From the NCBI GenBank assembly GCA_965285935.1, contig OZ260663.1, forward strand, positions 66,278,001 to 66,342,000: a stretch of 64,000 bases of DNA. The letters are read 5' to 3'. The stretch comes from Ophelia neglecta. Its lineage: Eukaryota. A model generated the notes under the pieces. The model was not told the origin of the DNA and made no database searches. It worked only from the letters and a program-made list of their open reading frames with translations. Each line of letters opens with the position of its first letter. The stretch's first letter is position 1. The translations under genes and the position numbers were made by a program. Below, piece after piece: positions 52,001 through 63,857 of the stretch.

Positions 52001-55000
52001 ATTGATATAAGGAGTCCCCTCACACCAGGATACAACACAACTTTCTGGATGGACCTTACCATCGTAAATGTAGGAATAGACATCCCTATGTCTGCGTCAA
52101 TGGATCCTAGTTATACGCTCCGTATATATGCCAGTGACAGTCCCGTGTTTCATGAGGGCACACATATTGGTATCACAAAAGCAGGAGCAGTAAAATTCAC
52201 TAGTGAATTTGATACCAACCAGCCTTTGCCAAGTGGGAAGGCTCTTTCATTCGAACGAGTTCAGGTAGAAACCCTTCTTTGGTAAATGTTTGTCAGAACA
52301 ATATCCAAATTATGCACAATACTGAAGAACATCAACACTAAAAAAGAGATATCGACGTTTACATTAATTCATCTTTCATATCAAATATATTGCTCTCCTG
52401 CGTTAGTAAGAACTTAAACAAGATAGAGTGGCTGTTCTTTGCGATTATCTTCTGAGCATAATATTTCCAAGGTGTCGACTAGTGGGGCATCATTCACTCA
52501 GATCCAATGCCAGTCGACTACACACCTGCTGGTATGTGTCGAGGTCGGAGCGGGCTTCACTGATAATGTCACCACCAACAATTGTAAGACGCATATACTG
52601 ACCCTCGGCCAGACGGACTGCAGCGATAGCCAGTGTGAGTTAAAGTTCATTATCAAATATACCGGAGGAATGGTGCAATGAAGGAATTCAAACAAAATAT
52701 GATAATAACGTTTCGTTCTCTTTGTAGCAATGCGAGATATTGAAATGCTGCAAATAACTGCGCCTGGAAGTTTGAGCAGCCCTGGAACAGTTGATGTGAG
52801 ACACGACATACGGATCACAATTGGCGTTGGTAGCCTGGCCGTGACCAGTGGACAGTTTATATCGTCCGCATATCTGTCCAAAGACAAATTCCTTGATAAA
52901 CTATTGGATCTAAAAATACTGGAAGTCCAGAACTCTATTGGTGGGTAAATAAATATATGACAGAATTCATTGCATATACAATTAAACAATATTACCGTAA
53001 TTACGAAAAATGATTGCGTACATGTTTGTCTTTTTGGAATAAGCAGACGACTTTTTTCTGTTGTTTTGACAGACCAGGCACCGGGATCAGTGCGAGTTCA
53101 TACAATTGAACAAACGGCTGGCTCTGTTGTTGAACTTACGGACAAGTCATTATGCGGAAACGTGTATATCCTCATTCAGGTTGACTCGGAGGATGACATT
53201 CAAGAAGTGGATGAACACAATAATGTGGCATTTAAACAAGTGGTCGTTCTTTGTAATTCCGGTAGGTACACCGGTGCTGTGACATTCATAGCACACAATA
53301 CACCATTTTAAAACATACTAGTACAACTCGTACTAAACAAATGTAGACTTTATTCCCTTTTTGTTTACTTCAGACTTCTTTTCTATATCAAACCCGACAT
53401 TATTAATCTTGGATGGACATCTTGTGAGCGGGGGATCCATGTGGTTTGACTTGTGGACTGATATCACGTGTTCAAGAGGAACCTGTGACATTGATGTGGC
53501 TACAGATAATGTGAAGCTTAAACTCAGTTCAGCGGCAGACGGTGCACCACTTGTTGAGCTGGCCTCGATAACCAGTGACTGGACCGCGAATGGAATGTTA
53601 GCCACCCCTTCACTTGGATCTTCTTTCCTAACTCCATTTCAAACAAGGCATGTCAGTTAACCTTCTTTCATATTACTAGAGACGTATGTTAGGATGAAAC
53701 ACAATATAAACTACTGATTTGGTTTGTCTGACTGTTGTTTTGCCCCATGACAGTTTAATATTTTAGTGCTCGATCAGTAATAGGAAATGCATATGGTTAT
53801 TGTTATAGATATGTTTACTTAATCAGGCGTTTTCACATTGCGGGGACATTAAACATACCTGCTGGACATTGTGGGAGCACGGGGAGTCATCGTGTTGTTA
53901 TAGAGGTAGACCTAGGTGCCAGTCTTACAGGGACAACGGACGGAGTTGGCGAAAACAACATAGTAACAATACCATATCTTTGTGTCAATGGTAATTGATT
54001 ATTTTCTATCTCATACCCAACACCCAAGAAAATGATTATCCCTATTTATAGCAAATAATTTCTTTAAAACAAACAGCAAGTGAACCGCCGGAATATCAAA
54101 AGGTTATTGACAACCAGCCCAAGACAAAGTTATGTCTCTTCAATCATTGATGAAACTCTCTCGCTGAGCCAAATATCCTTTTGGACTTCAGATTTAAATG
54201 TCATAACATATTATACCTAATTGTGGTAATTTCTGGCACACATATGGACAAATGAAATAGTACTGCATTAATATTTATGTTTTGATTAAATCATGGCACG
54301 AGAAAGTGATGATCATTTCCCCAATTTTCAAATGACAACAAAAGAGGTATTATGAATGGCGTAACTCTGCTTCAAAACATAACTGTTTATGTCCAGGTAC
54401 ATCCCGCGATCTGGTGGCCAATCAATTGTTGTTTTTGGGAGGAGATACTTTGTCTCATAAGAAAAGAGCTAAATTCTCACTACAAATAGACTTGATCGGG
54501 GACGCCCTTCCTCCTACTGACACTTCACCCCCTGCGGCACCTTTTACCTTTGCTCTCTACATTTCTGATGATGCGACGTTAAGCGAGGATGATGTGAGGC
54601 TAAGCTATCAACTGACGGAGAGCACAGCAGGCGATCTGAACAAAGGAATACCTGCAGACAGCTCATTAACTTTAATCGAGTTCGTTGAAGGTAATTCCAT
54701 TGTGCTTGAATGACCTCTTTCTGAACCACTTATATGAGATACATATTAAAATACTCAGTGTTTAGTCGGAAATATTTAAAATGGTAGGCTTATCTTTTTT
54801 CTAATGGAACGTTCATAAATCAGCGTAAACTTACCTTATACACTATGGTTATACTTTACTGATCGCACCATTAGATTGTATACTTAGCCGTGATACACTA
54901 TATTAGGTTCTAGGACATAACGCTCTATCCACCGACTACCTCCCCCCCCCCCCATTCACCCACCCCAATGACCTCCAAAGTTATAAACAAAGCAATTTAA

Positions 55001-58000
55001 CATTACATATCTCAGGTGTGGAGTTACCTTTTGGCCACTGTGGTCGGCAATACATAATTGTCTACATCGATGACACTAATAAGATCGATGACTCAGTTAA
55101 AAGCAACAATATCGCTTACAGGGAAGTGTATATAGATTGTGAAACAGGTGCGTGTACAGCTATATGTTAAATGTGATTATTCATAACACCGCTATTTACC
55201 GTTAATTGGGCAAGAACAGGATTCATAAAAATTCCGTGTTTAACATTCTGATTTGTAGATGTGTATGCCGTCGAAGCTTTGTGGACACGCCTTCCAGCAC
55301 ACGTGTTTCACAACACACCGGTGGAACTGAATTTTGCACTCTCTGTGGGAAATGTCGGGCAGCATGACACTATGTCCTATGGTGGAAAATCTCCCCTTAC
55401 GCCGTTCGTCGCCTTAACAGCCGATTATCAAAGGACTTCGTTGCCACATAATACTCTCACAAATATTAGTGTACACCCAGGTTATTGCATTTTGAATTTT
55501 AACTGTTATGCCCTGTGTGTTCAAGGGGAATAAAATGTGGCTAGTACTTATTATCTTGCGCTGTCAGTTCAGCTCGATATACTGGTAATTCACTCAAATA
55601 GAAACCGTTTTGATGGCCACTGAATTATTTTGAACCGCGTCATTAATTGGTTGAACTTCAACCGACATTTATAATGGATCATACAAATGTCATTTCATAA
55701 TATTATACGGTTTTTATAAATAACTGAAGAAAAAGGAAAAGTTTTTTTGTAACATTTAAAGTGCAAGATAACAAAACGATGATATTTTTTGCAGAAACAC
55801 AGGCGCTGTTGTCCCAGGGCATCAAGGCTGGCGAAATAATTACATATGTTGGATTCAGTGTGGAATTGATTGTAGATTCCAACAAATGTTCAGACTACAA
55901 ATACTTGATGTTTGGCGTTTTACCTGACTACAATTCACCACGGCTGGAGACATACCTAGATAATAACTATGAAGTTAGACCAATCAACATTGTTTGCACT
56001 GGTATGACTTTCCTTATTTGTTAGGATAAAATTGGTTCAAATATTTAGATATCTCAGATAAGACAAAACAAATTACTTACCTGTTACTATACTATTAATA
56101 CTCATATGTTTAAAGATGCGGTAGATATTGCGGTTACCAACTTCGGAGTTGCTGGGAATTTAGTAAAAGGCCAGAATCGAGATTTCACTTTAACTGTTAC
56201 TGCTGTGGTGCCCTCAGACGGTGAAATGGGTAAATTAATTTCAATTTTATAATATCTTAACGCATCTTTATTATACCTATTTGATATTAAGTAATACATA
56301 TGTGTAATCAAATGTGTTAAACATCACGCTATTCATTTATGTTAATAAGACGTCAAGCACTAAACAATATAGTACAATAAGAGACCCGTCGTTCTAACCT
56401 GTTGCGTGTGCCTAAATATAATTTAGCAGCTTCCCATCAGGGTGTATGCTATCAGGGTGTTGTTATCTGGAACATAATATCAGCCTCTTTAGTGCCTGAC
56501 ATAAAAATTTCATCATTTAAACAGAATGTAAAGGCCTCTTTCTTCTTGTACATGGTGATTTGTGACATAATACTACTTTTTTACTGTCCTTACTTTGTCA
56601 TACAAGTTCTTTGGTGTATGCATAAGATATTACACATAGCGTTTTTGGGGGGGGGGGGGGTGGAGGGATATTTCCTTTATTATGTTATATTAATGTTATT
56701 GTTTTTTCCTAGTTAATTTCGTCTTTTGTTTTTCTCTGCACATTGTATGGTGAAACATTAATAATTTAGAAGTTATATCTGATGTGGGGGTACATACACC
56801 AGTGTGGTGTCCTTCTCGCTTTGTCATGAAATGTCATTAGGCTACTGGTATATGATTGTATATCATTTGTATATGTCATAGTTGTTTCTTTTCATGGCAA
56901 TAAATTCAAATTCAAATTCAAATAAGTTTAAGTGACAGTGTTCAGTAATTTGTTTTTAGCTCCATTCAGCTATTCCTTCTGGTTGTCAACTGATAAAACC
57001 CTGGAGAGGACACATGATGTACCCCTCTCCGTAGTCATAGCCCCAGGGATGCCATTTGCTGATCCTCTAACAGCCAGCATCCCTTCCTTGGACATCAGTG
57101 GTACTGGAGATAACGGGGTTCATATACCGTCCAGTCTACCAGACTTCCTCTGTGGCAAAGTCTACTTACTTGTACAAATAGACTCCGATTATGAAGTTAT
57201 GGAATCTGACGAGGACAACAATTTAGGCTTCACCGAAGTAGTGTTGGAGTGTGAAAATGGTAAATATATATCTTTTAAGTGCCTATTGCCTCAAGGAAAC
57301 CAACGCTGTACAAAAATGTGTGTCTATCAATTAAAAACAAAATCTCGCATATTGAACATAAAATGTTTTAGTTACAGGGAAGGGACACATATGCCTTAGG
57401 TTTCCAATCCTTCTGATTTATTTCTATTTGTGCTACTTTTTATTATTGCTGTGTTAAGTCTAATCTATGAAGAAGTTTCATGAATGCGCATTGCATATAA
57501 CATAAAACTTAAGTAAATTTGACTTGAATATGAAATATGTGTGTATTTATCGTCTGTTCTTTTTCCAAACAGACTTGTTCAGTGTTGTCGATTTGAACGT
57601 TACATCAGGATCTTTACCTGCCTTGCCGGACGTGGTTCTTCCGTTATATTTAGATTTCAAATTGGCATGCATTAAGACGGACAGTTCATGTCCTAGTGCT
57701 CCAGCAAATCCCAACCAGGTTCACTACACATTCGACATAAAGGTACATTTGTTGTATAATGAAAATTCGACCCAATACGAACTCGACCTACTGGTAAAAT
57801 GATAGGGTACAAGAGTTAAAGCATAGGTACAGTGAAACCTGTCTAATCAGGTCGGTCAAGGGACTTGAAAAAACTGACCACATTATCCAGGTGACCTTAA
57901 TAGGCACGTCAGTTAACACAGGCATAAATGGAGATTGTGCTATTAGTAAGTGACCTTAATGGTCAGGTGACCTTATAACACAGGTGACCTCAAACACAGG

Positions 58001-61000
58001 TGTCACTGTAATTGGAGCAGTGGAAGTGTTAACAGGTTTACAATACTGTATAATGAAATCTTAGAGTATTGTCTACCTTTTCGTCGTCGGACGGGGTCCG
58101 AATGGGTCGAGAACGTCTTAGGCCGAAAGCATACTCGAGTCATTTACATAATTATAAAATCACATCGTGTAAGACATTTGTAAGAAGATATTTGTGATAG
58201 TAAATATATCCAACCAAACTCCAATTCAAAACAGAATGCACTGTCCATAAATTTATCTTGATGGTCTACAATGCTTTGTTTGCCCAGTACGCATCGTCTT
58301 TCATATAGGTATACGAAGAGGGTGGTTACGAGGTCGGCGCCATGAATCCCATGAGCATCGATCCTACATGGATAGCTTCCCAAGAGGGTGTTGAAGAGGC
58401 AGGCATTTCGCCAGCGAATGCCTTAGCCCTGGACTTTTCAGATATTACAAAAGGTAATAAACAGTTTATTTTTTATCATTGTGAGTTTAGATACTTAATT
58501 CCAATTATTAACACCGACGTGATATAAACTGTGCACATTTAAATATTTTCATTCTGCTTCATTTAATTAAAGAATATGCAATTTCAATATCCGGAGGCTT
58601 CCTTCTCGGCACCATTGAAGTATGCTCTAGAATAAGATACATTGGCATTCAAGTCATCAAAGGAGACAGCGATGAGCTGTCGCCATTGGCCATGGGACCA
58701 GACTCCAGCAACCGTCGTATGGTTCCTTTCACTTTTAAGTGCAGGACAGGTAGGGCACATATTTGTGTTGAAATATAAGAAAAATGTAAGCAGTAACATG
58801 GGCTATTATACACCGCCTAACCGTTTAAACCAGTATGTTATATACTACATTTAATATGGCAATGACAAAACATATATTTTATGTTTTACAGAATTTGCGG
58901 ACATTTGGGTTACAAGTTTCACTTTGCCTTCTGGCCCAAACGTGGATATTTCCGACGGCATTATTAACTTCCAGCTGAATGTCCAAACATCGGCTTCGAA
59001 CCAGCCCCCAAACACCCTCAGAAAGCCCATTTTCTCGTATAAAATATCGGCTTCTGGTACGTTTTAGCAAATTAACGTGACTTATCACAATAATCTTGTG
59101 GGTTAAACAAATATCCGCCATATGCCCAGTATATACAAAACATGCGTTACACAGAGGGAAACTAATTCATTCAGGAATCAGAGTACAATGAACATTATTT
59201 TTTAACTCATTTTACAGATGATGGCTTATTATCGGATGATGACGTTGATCTGGGTTATACGCCTCCTGCGAATATAGAGAGTATGCTTAGGGTCGAATTT
59301 GAGAGCTATCCCAGCCTGGATCTGTCTGATATGGCATTTTCCGTCTCCCCAGAGCAAATAGCACACTTATGTGGGTTGCCGGACTCTCATCTTATACTTC
59401 AGCTGGACCCTGCGAATGCTGTAGACGAGACTGATGAAAGTAACAACATAGCCACCACACCAATCACTATCTCAGGGTGTAACAGTCAGTATTCATATTA
59501 ATTAATACTAATAAATAGGTGGAACTTACCATTTTAGCCTCACTTTAAAGCCACGTACTGAGGTTTGAATATTATTCGTTTGGTTGTTTGCAAAAACTTG
59601 CTGATACTATCTTTCATAAGCAAGTCATTTTTTTTTTAGATGGATTTGATCTGAAGGTGACATGGTTCCAATCCCCGAGTGTTGTAGTGTCAGGCCAGGA
59701 GATTGACTCTCTTGTAAACGTCAGTGTGGTTATAATAGGCGGCCTGTCTTTGCCAATAGGACTGGTGGAAGAGAGTACGGCTTATTCAAAATACACGTTA
59801 TCATTTAGCCTTCTAGACAATATAAAGAACCCATTAGAAGGTATGAGGAAATTATATAGGATATATAATTGCAACTTGATTAAAATTCGTTACGTTCATC
59901 CCTCAAATTTTGTGAAATTTTACATAAATTTTCCTTACTCATACATTAATCTTTTGTCCAGTGCACACTATAGAATTTGACACGACAGAATTGAATGAGT
60001 TGACAGAGCCATTACAAGCTGATTCCCTCGAATTAAATCAGTCTGGCGTGGCTTCTGTAATCCACAGAAGTCATCATGGACCACCACTCCGAATACCAAC
60101 AGATTATGTTTACTGTGGACGGTCATGGTAAGAGTTGTTGCTTGTTCTATTACTTCTCCTCTTGTTATATATTTGGTCTGTTTTGGAATCCTTATTTGGG
60201 CATTTTCAAGGTCACAATGCTATGATATTTGTTTCCGTATTTTATAGGTATCTGGAGGCAAGGGTAGACCTCAATCAGACGTATTCTCTAGTTCCCGATT
60301 TATGGCCTGAGGACAACAGCTTGTACAAATACATACACATTATATGCCCAAGTAAATATTAAGACATTTTTTTTGATAATAAATAAAATGTTAATGATCA
60401 CCTACGACTAGATCCATGGACTTTCAATTTGTTCATTCATCACAGGTGACCACTTGGCGCTGTTAAACTACCAGATTGAGTATCAACCAGAAGTCTGGAG
60501 ATCAGAATCAGTCAACCATATTGACTTCTATATCTCCGCAATCAACTACGGGGATCGAATTGAGAAAGGAACGACTAACTACATTTTTGCGATAGAACAA
60601 TATTTTTCACTGGACAGTGTCTTAGACGGCTCAGATATACGGCAGACGGTCAAGATGGCTGGCAACTACGACTACGACTATAGAGAAGCTTCAATGGCTT
60701 CTGGTCAAGTTGTCACATCTCCACTTGTGTCGGGTAACAATTCACCATTCCTTTCATTTATGCAATATAGAAGTGACGTGGCTTCAACAGACTTTCAGGT
60801 TATTATCCTGATATATAATTTAAAAATACTTAAATAATGGAATGCGTTTTTTGGTGCAATTGCCCTGTAGGTCAGCTGAACTTGGACTCTATGATAACAT
60901 GTGATGCAGCAGTCGCTCAAAATGCGGAACCGACTCTTTTCTGGAAACTTGTACCTGGAGATCCTGACGACTCCGCTTACATCGATAATGATATCATGAA

Positions 61001-63525
61001 ATTTCCTCTGGATAAGAAAATTTTCAAATGTGAACAAGGTTTGTTTTTGGTTGGCCTATTGCTCTTTATTCCTCCTTCGAAGCTGTATCTTTAATTCAGA
61101 GAACTGACTTCATTGTTTGTCTTTAGCAAACGTTGATCTGAAAGTTACGCAGCTGACACTGGATGGAGATAATATAATTCATGCTGGACTAGTAAAGGGT
61201 TACGGACTCACTATATCTCAAACTAAGGTACACGGAACTTTCAAACATACTAAATTGCACTTAACTGTACAAAAACGTAAAAATAAATAATTAAATATAT
61301 ATATATATATATATATATCTTGACAACTGGCCTTCGTAGAGCCAACATTGCAAATTGTTGATTTGACCAATGCAATGCATACTATTTTTCATGCCCTAGA
61401 CCGAATATGGTAGAATAGACGCTTCCCTTGGAGAGGAGTTGAGTTACCGTTTTGACTTCTACTTAAGCAAAAATGACAAGCTTGATGTGGATACGGATGC
61501 CAAATTGGACATAGCGTTTTCAGAGGACCAGTTGAGCACAATGAGGGGCGGTGTGCTTCCAGACACTGACTCGGATATAGGTAAGGCTCTTCTTAAGGAC
61601 ACCTACCACATACACAATATTATACCATATACATTTCCTTTCAGTTTAGATGTTGTATGCCCTCTTAATATGTAATTTTCGTGGGTTATGAATGATGTGT
61701 TAAAAGGTGTGTATCATCTACAGATCTCCGGGGTAATAATCTTCTCGTTGACCTTGAAACCCGGCCGGATCTCGGATTTTACTGTGGGAGTGTATACCTG
61801 ATTACTACCGTCACCGACCTGATGAATGCGGGAGATTTAGATCCTGTAATGGACCCCGTACTCGACAATAATATTCTCGTATATGCCACAACTCTGCTGT
61901 GCAATCAAGGTACAAACTATATGTCGCATCAAACCATTTCTTTGGTGTAGTAAGAATATTGGTCTTTTTTGGCTCACTTAAAACAATACTGCTTTTATTA
62001 ATACCGACAGATGTTATTAGTTTTGAAAAACTATCGATGAGGCCAAATCCTCCCCAAGAACAATTGTTTGGCTTTCATCCTGCGGAATTTACGTTTATGG
62101 CCGAAGTGAAGAACTATGCTGTCACTGACATCATAGGAAGTTTGGATCGTCCAGTTATCACATTCCGAGTACGTTTAACTAAAGTGGATTATTTTATGTT
62201 ATTTTACTTTTTTAGTGGTAGCTCAGATGCCCTGCTTCGCATGTATTTGACACATCGGATGTACATATAGTACAAATAATAGCATATTACGTTATAGCTG
62301 AGATGGTAACTCTGCTTTTGGCAGATAATATACAATGTTTGTCAGGTTTATACTTAATTTGATGCTTGTCCAAGGTAACAAATACCTTTGGCATTCTATA
62401 TTGCCGTAAAAGTGCTTTTCCTTCATTCCGTAGGCTTTTTTGTCTCAAAACCAACGACTAGAAGTGTTAACTGATCCAGAGATAAGCATGGCAATTCCTG
62501 TATCGCTGACGGACGATACAAAACGTGGTATCCCTGCTGGAGGTGCACGTTCATACATGGCCTCCGTGAATCTAACAGCTGACTTAAGTGTTTGCACATA
62601 TCAACCCAAATATATTGTGATCCTTGCCCAGAAAGGCGCTCACTTAAACTTGGAGGAAATAGTTATAGGAAACAACTACTTATCCATCAATTTCCAGGAG
62701 TACCTTAACTGCACTTTGAGTAAGTCATCTGTAGTTGGCCTAAGTGTACTCTTTATCATTCTGGAGTATATGACGATTCCTTTCGTTGCTGCCGACGAGT
62801 ATCTAGTATGTTTAATACTTTATAGGTACATCTGACGCCATGATAAAAAGCTTCATAATACCTTCTACATCCATGTCCCCTGGAGAAGAAATATCATTTG
62901 AGTTGACCATAGAGGTCAGTTCCAGTATCGGTCCTGCTCCAGGCATTGAATACCAGTTTTATCTGAGCAAGGATATTAGGGTGGACAGAGACGATACGAG
63001 CCTCCAGTACAGCATGCAAGATCACGTGGCCATGCTCGAGGGATTGCATGAACAGAACGCACTTTTTCAGCTAGACAGTGTAACAGAAAACATTGTATGT
63101 ACTATTCCGTTCTATGTACTATTCCCGAAACGTTTATTTTGCCAAGTAGATTTCTGATTTTCATCATTTTAGTTTGAAAAGTGTTTTTCTTGTCTTTGTC
63201 ATATACATAACGATGATCTCGTATTTCCATTTCGATTTAGGTTATACCAGCTAACGTCGATGCTAAATACTGTGGAAACTCCTACTTGATAGTTTACGCC
63301 GATAATAACGAATCGCTTCGGGAGACCAACGAGCTCAACAATATGTTAGCCTCACCCATAGTGTTAAACTGCTACCAAGATATGTACGAGTTAGGTGTCA
63401 GCTTCATTAACCTACAGGATGAGTACTTTATGGCTCCTGGCACCTTACATATCTCCTTCACCGTATACAACAGATTAGGAGAAACAATACCAGAAGATGT
63501 GCTATATCCTCCCTTTGTATTAAAG
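30981..63525 (+). CDS. Gene B: paralog of gene A with signal peptide, 30 complete CARDB-like domains and the start of domain 31; 72 coding exons, >=4544 aa, probably continuing beyond the right edge
   Basis: Manual splice tracing gives an open frame (sum 13632 nt). Exons: 30981-31056, 31288(or 31285)-31407, 31555-31760, 31901-32042, 32238-32443, 32727-32883, 33312-33386, 34437-34625, 34864-35124, 35797-35883, 35994-36120, 36678-36919, 37249-37385, 37495-37585, 37921-38142, 38307-38594, 39321-39539, 39865-39978, 40595-40759, 41229-41423, 41704-41973, 42830-42994, 43100-43588, 44204-44358, 44697-44884, 45008-45114, 45223-45302, 45428-45616, 45998-46139, 46293-46438, 46668-46793, 47594-47750, 47972-48097, 48201-48356, 48640-48810, 49097-49357, 49511-49681, 49809-50126, 50251-50370, 50481-50951, 51132-51328, 51421-51586, 51807-51881, 51975-52264, 52472-52634, 52728-52940, 53073-53261, 53374-53647, 53827-53990, 54397-54690, 55016-55147, 55259-55480, 55795-56001, 56116-56229, 56960-57259, 57573-57742, 58309-58453, 58573-58749, 58892-59056, 59218-59484, 59640-59840, 59974-60127, 60248-60351, 60446-60733, 60871-61038, 61127-61227, 61400-61580, 61724-61909, 62011-62168, 62434-62719, 62826-63094, 63241-63525. 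Motifs include CGRPYLIVVLDTADLIQEADELNN and CGKVYLLVQIDSDYEVMESDEDNN. Homology to gene A is colinear throughout. Confidence 0.88.
33088..33117 (+). repeat. G-rich (GGGGGT)n tract, G-quadruplex-capable, intronic
   Basis: GGCGGGGGTGGGGGTGGGGGTGGAGTGGGG in the gene B intron 32884-33311. Confidence 0.6.
36179..36372. mobile_element. Degenerate fold-back / MITE-like element in a gene B intron
   Basis: GC-richer island with nested imperfect inverted repeats: CACAGTTTGGAAACCGCC...GGCGGGTTTTCAATCAGTG, GCATCACTGAAAC...GTTTCAGTGCTGC and CTCACAA...TTGTGAG. No clear TSD. Confidence 0.5.
44021..44061. repeat. (TA)n microsatellite
   Basis: About 13 perfect TA units plus a degenerate extension, in a gene B intron. 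Confidence 0.9.
56320..56922 (+). mobile_element. 5'-truncated, decayed non-LTR retrotransposon (LINE; CR1/L2/Jockey-like 3' end)
   Basis: Reads KQYST(frameshift)RSNLLRVPKYNLAASHQGVCYQGVVIWNIISASLVPDIKISSFKQNVK, resembling the HxYxTR...GxxxWNxLP...SxxxFKxxLK C-terminus of LINE ORF2. It is followed by a T-rich 3' UTR ending in AATAAA (56899) plus a (TTCAAA)x3 tail. The 5' boundary is approximate. Confidence 0.75.
57830..58008. mobile_element. 179-bp Tc1/mariner (pogo/Tigger-like) MITE
   Basis: TA|CAGTGAAACCTGT ... ACAGGTGTCACTG|TA: 13-bp TIR with one mismatch and a TA duplication at 57828-29 and 58009-10. Four internal GTGACCT subterminal repeats; no coding capacity. Confidence 0.85.
61296..61318. 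repeat. (TA)n microsatellite
   Basis: About 11 TA units in a gene B intron. Confidence 0.9.
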
Positions 63526-63841
63526 GTGACGTGCTATACCATTCAATTAATTTAACCTTTTAATGTCATAGAATCAGGATGTAACATAAAGTTTTAAAAG
63601 ATAAATGCTATTGATTTGGAAAACTCAGGGATTCAAGGAGCTGCTAAAAATTACAAAACAAAAATTACGTCGAGAAAAGAGGTAGTTACAATGATCACAT
63701 ATAGTGAGAATTAGTCAATAGTTTTCATGAGATGAATCAAACGATAAAATAAAATGGCTAGTAGTCAGCGTAAAACGAGGAAGAAAAATGCCCTTTATGA
63801 ATCAACCAGTTATTCAAATTACCAAGCGGAAAGATGATCGC

Positions 63842-63857
63842 GGGGGGGGGGGGGGGG
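63842..63857. repeat. Poly-G homopolymer (16 nt)
   Basis: Visible directly. Similar tracts occur at 56647-56660 (G) and 54942-54953 (C). Confidence 0.85.

Noticed and set aside
31126-61037. Minus-strand ORFs in the right half (e.g. 52498-52989 163 aa, 36928-37290 120 aa)
   Set aside because: Antisense to gene B exons or intronic, with no recognisable domain. A nested gene at 36928-37290 is unsupported.
36-63525. Assigning a known gene name (cadherin/FAT, hyalin, fibrillin, PKD1/REJ, usherin, FRAS1)
   Set aside because: I saw no cadherin DxNDNxP/LDRE periodicity, no HYR DxxPP, no PKD WDFGDG and no Calx-beta or FN3 signatures. The repeat unit (~145 aa) is too long for these.
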